Of a DNA stretch of 64,000 bases, positions 60,346-64,000 are shown piece after piece (positions within the stretch are counted from its first letter, which is position 1; the number at the start of each line of letters is the position of its first letter). The DNA lies in the NCBI GenBank assembly GCA_030295235.1, contig AP026127.1, positions 992,001 through 1,056,000 of the forward strand, in the 5' to 3' direction. The notes beneath the pieces were generated by a model, which was given only the letters and a program-made list of their open reading frames with translations, was not told where the DNA came from and ran no database searches. The position numbers were made by a program, and so were the translations under genes. This DNA is from Fistulifera solaris. Lineage: Eukaryota.

Positions 60346-61572
60346 ATGAAATTTGGAAAGAATCTCCGGGAGAAAACGTTGAAAGAATGGCGCTTCTATG
60401 CTGTCGATTACAAAGCGCTCAAGAAGACGATCAAGAAAGATGACAGCGAGCAATTCTTTCGTCTCCTCCATGAATCCGAAGTCAAGTTATCCAGATTCTA
60501 TCATGATAGAGAATCATGGGCATTTGATTACATGCAGACTCTCCTTGAGCGCGTACAAGCACTTCGCGAGGCTATGGATTCCCAGCAAGACGCGCCCACA
60601 GAGTCCGAGTCTTCTTCCTCCGAGTCGTCCGTGGCGTCTTCGGAAGAAGACAATGCTTCGGTGGCATCCTCCGTCGAAATGGATCGCGGCTTCACCAAGC
60701 TTTGCGTAAAAGCTCAATCGTTTGGTACGAAACAGGCCTGGTTGAAAGAGGAATACCGACGGATGGGAAGCAGCAAACAATTCAAATCATTCATTTACGC
60801 AAAGAAGTCGCTTGCTACTTTTGATCGCGAACTCGGCCTGCTGATTGAATTCCTCGAACTCAACAAAACAGCCTTCAGCAAGATTTTGAAGAAGTTTGAC
60901 AAGTGCACTGGATCAGCAATGCGCGAAGAAAAGATGAAAGGCATTTTGGAAGCAAACGCATTCTTGTCCGGAAAGACTCTATCCGAGTTGAAAGACCGCG
61001 TCGGTCTTTTGATTGACGAAGTGAATAGTTTGAAGCCTCAGCTTCCGGAAGGATGGGAGAATCGAAAAGTATACACCATTGGCTGCTTCGACTTGTTTCA
61101 TCGAGGTCACGAAAATGTATTGCTCTCGCTCCGTGAGTTCGGGTATTATGTGGTCGCTGGAATCCACGACGACGACTCCTACTTCAAACTGAAAAACAAG
61201 GACGCGATTGAGGATCTTGAAACTCGTATCAATAATGTCAAACCATTTGTTGATCAAATTTTTGTTATACCGTCCACGGATCCGCTGATTTATATCAAAG
61301 CCATGGTTAGCGAGCAAGATATTGCCACTGGCTCTTGCTGCTACGCTCGTGGAGACGATATGTTGGACTTCCCTGGTCGCGAATGGGTAGAAACCGTCAT
61401 GCCGGTCCATTTCGTTCCTCGGACGGAAGCCTGCAGCAGCACTTTGATTCGTACTATTTACCACGCCGGAGACGAGGAGTTGCGCAAGAAAGCAGCTTTT
61501 GCAAAAACGCGATACGACGGGAAGCCTATCGATGAAGACGGAAATGTCCTCAACTTGAAAGTTGCGGCGTAG
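60346..61572 (+). CDS. SPX domain - cytidylyltransferase (HxGH nucleotidyltransferase) fusion
   Basis: MKFGKNL...EW..Y..DYKALKK and LNKTAFSKILKKFDK (SPX); GCFDLFHRGH, GIHDD, RGDD, RTEACSSTLIR (CTP_transf_like). Confidence 0.92.
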   Translation: MKFGKNLREKTLKEWRFYAVDYKALKKTIKKDDSEQFFRLLHESEVKLSRFYHDRESWAFDYMQTLLERVQALREAMDSQQDAPTESESSSSESSVASSEEDNASVASSVEMDRGFTKLCVKAQSFGTKQAWLKEEYRRMGSSKQFKSFIYAKKSLATFDRELGLLIEFLELNKTAFSKILKKFDKCTGSAMREEKMKGILEANAFLSGKTLSELKDRVGLLIDEVNSLKPQLPEGWENRKVYTIGCFDLFHRGHENVLLSLREFGYYVVAGIHDDDSYFKLKNKDAIEDLETRINNVKPFVDQIFVIPSTDPLIYIKAMVSEQDIATGSCCYARGDDMLDFPGREWVETVMPVHFVPRTEACSSTLIRTIYHAGDEELRKKAAFAKTRYDGKPIDEDGNVLNLKVAA

Positions 61573-61686
61573 CGAGTGATTAGATCCATCGTTGTTACAT
61601 TCACGAGCTCCTAGATTGCTATTAGAGGCGACTGGATGAAATGAGCTGGCTTGTATTTGTAGCGTGGTAATTCATATTAACAAACA

Positions 61687-62739
61687 TCATCTTAATTCTA
61701 TATCCACAATTTGTTTAGTTGTGCACTTAATATCATCTTGGGTCTCCTTTTCAACACATCCGTGCCCAGGATGACGTCTGGTGATTTGACTTGCTTGTCT
61801 AAAGCAGCCAGTCCAGGAACTTGACCCACATACAGAACCGACTCTCCAAACATAGATACTTCGACTGCGCTTTTTGTCGGGTAAAGCTTGGTCGGTTTGC
61901 CGTCCCCCTCCCATAATTGTCAATACTTGAGAGTCGTTCTGTGAAAACAGTGACGTGAAAGGATTTCTCGACTTGTTAGCCTTGTCGTTTCGGACATCAA
62001 TATTGGCTCTCTTGGCTGCATCTGGATGAATAATCGTAATGGGGGATCCTGTATCGAGCAAGGCTGTGAGCTCGACATTGTTGATAGTGATTTGTATCAA
62101 GGGAAGTTGTGTGATCGGTTGACGTTGTAGGGGAATCATTTGTAGCCCCTCCTTATCTGAAGCGTTTGTTTCACTGAGAAATCGGAATTGTCGATTCTCC
62201 CAATCAAATTCGACGCCACCAGGAAAGCATTGCAAAAAGGCCAAACTGAGTACACCGGCGGCGGCTGGATTTGAAACTGGCAATACCGAAGCCGTCAGAT
62301 CTATCATGAACAAATCAGGCCCCATACCATCAAGCTGTGTATCTCCCAAAAGGAAGGTTTCTCCACCGGGTATGGACCCTGTGGCCGATACACCTGGCAA
62401 GGCAAATTGTCCTGTCGATTTCAATTGCAATTCGGTGACGACTGGTCCTTGAATTGTGTTCGTATTGGCGGCAGTATCTACCACAAAATCCAAACTAACA
62501 CCGGTCTCATTTCGTGAGCGCTGTGATGTTGTACTCAAATTAGGAAACCTTAGAGCAAGGCAAGGATAAGGGCCAATGAATTTCAGAGGAGCGGAAACGG
62601 CCATAATATCATGCTCCATTGAAGGAGGGCCCGAGAAGATTGCCAAGCCTGCCCTATTCAAACGTGTGACGAAAGCAGGTCCGAAAGCGAGAACGGGCGC
62701 TATAAGATATACAATGTTTACGACGTAGAGGATACGCAT
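61687..62739 (-). CDS. Two-lobed retropepsin-like aspartyl protease with plastid-type presequence; frameshift near the 3' end
   Basis: FVVDTAA..GVLSLAFL and ALLDTGS..ILGTDVL (last motif in the shifted frame); signal peptide ending VLA-F. Confidence 0.8.
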   Translation of the reverse strand: MRILYVVNIVYLIAPVLAFGPAFVTRLNRAGLAIFSGPPSMEHDIMAVSAPLKFIGPYPCLALRFPNLSTTSQRSRNETGVSLDFVVDTAANTNTIQGPVVTELQLKSTGQFALPGVSATGSIPGGETFLLGDTQLDGMGPDLFMIDLTASVLPVSNPAAAGVLSLAFLQCFPGGVEFDWENRQFRFLSETNASDKEGLQMIPLQRQPITQLPLIQITINNVELTALLDTGSPITIIHPDAAKRANIDVRNDKANKSRNPFTSLFSQNDSQVLTIMGGGRQTDQALPDKKRSRSIYVWRVGSVCGSSSWTGCFRQASQITRRHPGHGCVEKETQDDIKCTTKQIVDIELR

Positions 62740-63369
62740 CTTGTGTTGTCTTGCTGGTGGTGTAAGTTTCAAACAGAATGGCTTTGTTAATTGTGAGATC
62801 AATGTTATTGATGCGGCTTTTTTTATTGTGAGAAAAAATGCGAAACGCGTGTGTGACTCAGTCGTGTTGACTGGTGACTGTCGAGGGTGAGTCAAAATCC
62901 TGACCGTTAATGACGATGTGGAAGGTCCATGATTGACCCTAGACTGAGAAAATCAAGAACCTAATTATTTTTCTAAGGATTCCTATCGACTTGATGTAAG
63001 TTAGCTATAACGCGGCTGGCGGAACTGGGATGGAAGCGCGTCAACGTACTTGCTAACTCGTCAAATCGAAGTTGGAAGCTAAAAGGCGGCCTTCACGAGA
63101 GCAATGTCCCACGCGACGAAACAGCAAAATCGGCATGGTAGCGGCAGCTTAATCAAATCTATCCCTTTAAGCTTTCCTTGCGATTTTAAAAAGAGCGATT
63201 GAAAGTTGTGAGGACTGATACGAATATTGGACTTCGATATTTGTGCATGCCCCAACTCATCATCAAAGTTGCTACGTTCGTGGTCAAATTCATACGATAC
63301 GCAATAGAATCCACAGGATCTAAGCAACAGAAGCGTTTGGGTAATTCAGCCAGCGATAAGATGTCAGCA

Positions 63370-64000
63370 TCAGATTGTTGTCAATTGATTCAAAACAGAA
63401 ATTTTTTGTCGCTCGTAGTGCACACGTCCTCAACATACAAACTCCGTCGGATCATTTCCGATCGCGTCTTCCTCTCGTAACCTCTCCAGTTCTTCGCGAC
63501 ATGCTGGCCACAATCGTCCTGCAGCTCGCTCTTCCAGTTGCTTTACAAGAACTTCCACAGCACCGCCATTTGGTGGAACACCATGATGCAGAACATTAAA
63601 TGGCAACTCATCAGATGGTTCCCAGTAGCGGAACATGCGAGCAGCGCGTTCCATTCCACGGCGAAGTGATGAAATCTGTTCGGCTGTTACTTCCTGCAGT
63701 CGTTCCTCCAATCCGTATCCATGACACGTTGCGTTGTAGTGCTCGTGTTCGTATTCAGATGCATTCCAACGTAACGAAAACTCGCTCGGATCCAACCTCC
63801 ATTCATTCTCTTTGGGCAGATTTCGGCCGAAAACGGCCAAACAAAGTCGTGGGATAAAATCACCGGAATGCATCCAGAAAAGATAGCATCAAACATGCGC
63901 TTGGCGGAAGCGGTGTCGCCACCAGGGCAAGGACAAAATGTTGCCAATCTCATGGTGATCCAATAGGGTTGCTGCAATTGTTGACGCAAAGGTAGAAACG
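63370..64000 (-). CDS. Exostosin/GT47 glycosyltransferase, 3' part (frameshifted; continues beyond window)
   Basis: ATFCPCPGGDTASAKRMFDAIFSGCIPVILS. The 3' end coordinate is approximate. Confidence 0.85.

Noticed and set aside
16439..61572. Phosphate-regulon cluster (VTC1-like plus SPX fusion)
   Set aside because: 43 kb apart with unrelated genes between; no evidence of clustering.

Overview
Eukaryotic, gene-dense DNA with short GT-AG introns. It is most likely from a pennate diatom, inferred from bipartite signal+A-F plastid presequences, nuclear psbU-like and POR genes, and CoDi-like Ty1/copia elements. The window holds about 25 host genes and a 15-kb nest of two copia LTR retrotransposons (19335-34393). 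The outer element has identical 89-bp LTRs with non-canonical CG...CG ends and a 4-bp TSD. The inner element is near-intact with 743-bp LTRs, and both appear to be primed by half-tRNAs. Also present are an unannotated L-asparaginase pseudogene, a 34-bp hairpin tandem array and three small paralog families. The most striking host genes are two single-ORF sensor-effector fusions: glutaredoxin-DUF4395-SLAC1/TDT channel-hemerythrin (42095-44950) and SPX-cytidylyltransferase (60346-61572). Many genes carry isolated 1-bp frameshifts, probably consensus errors, so frameshifts alone are not treated as evidence of pseudogenes. All domain calls are from motif recognition by eye; no database search was run.
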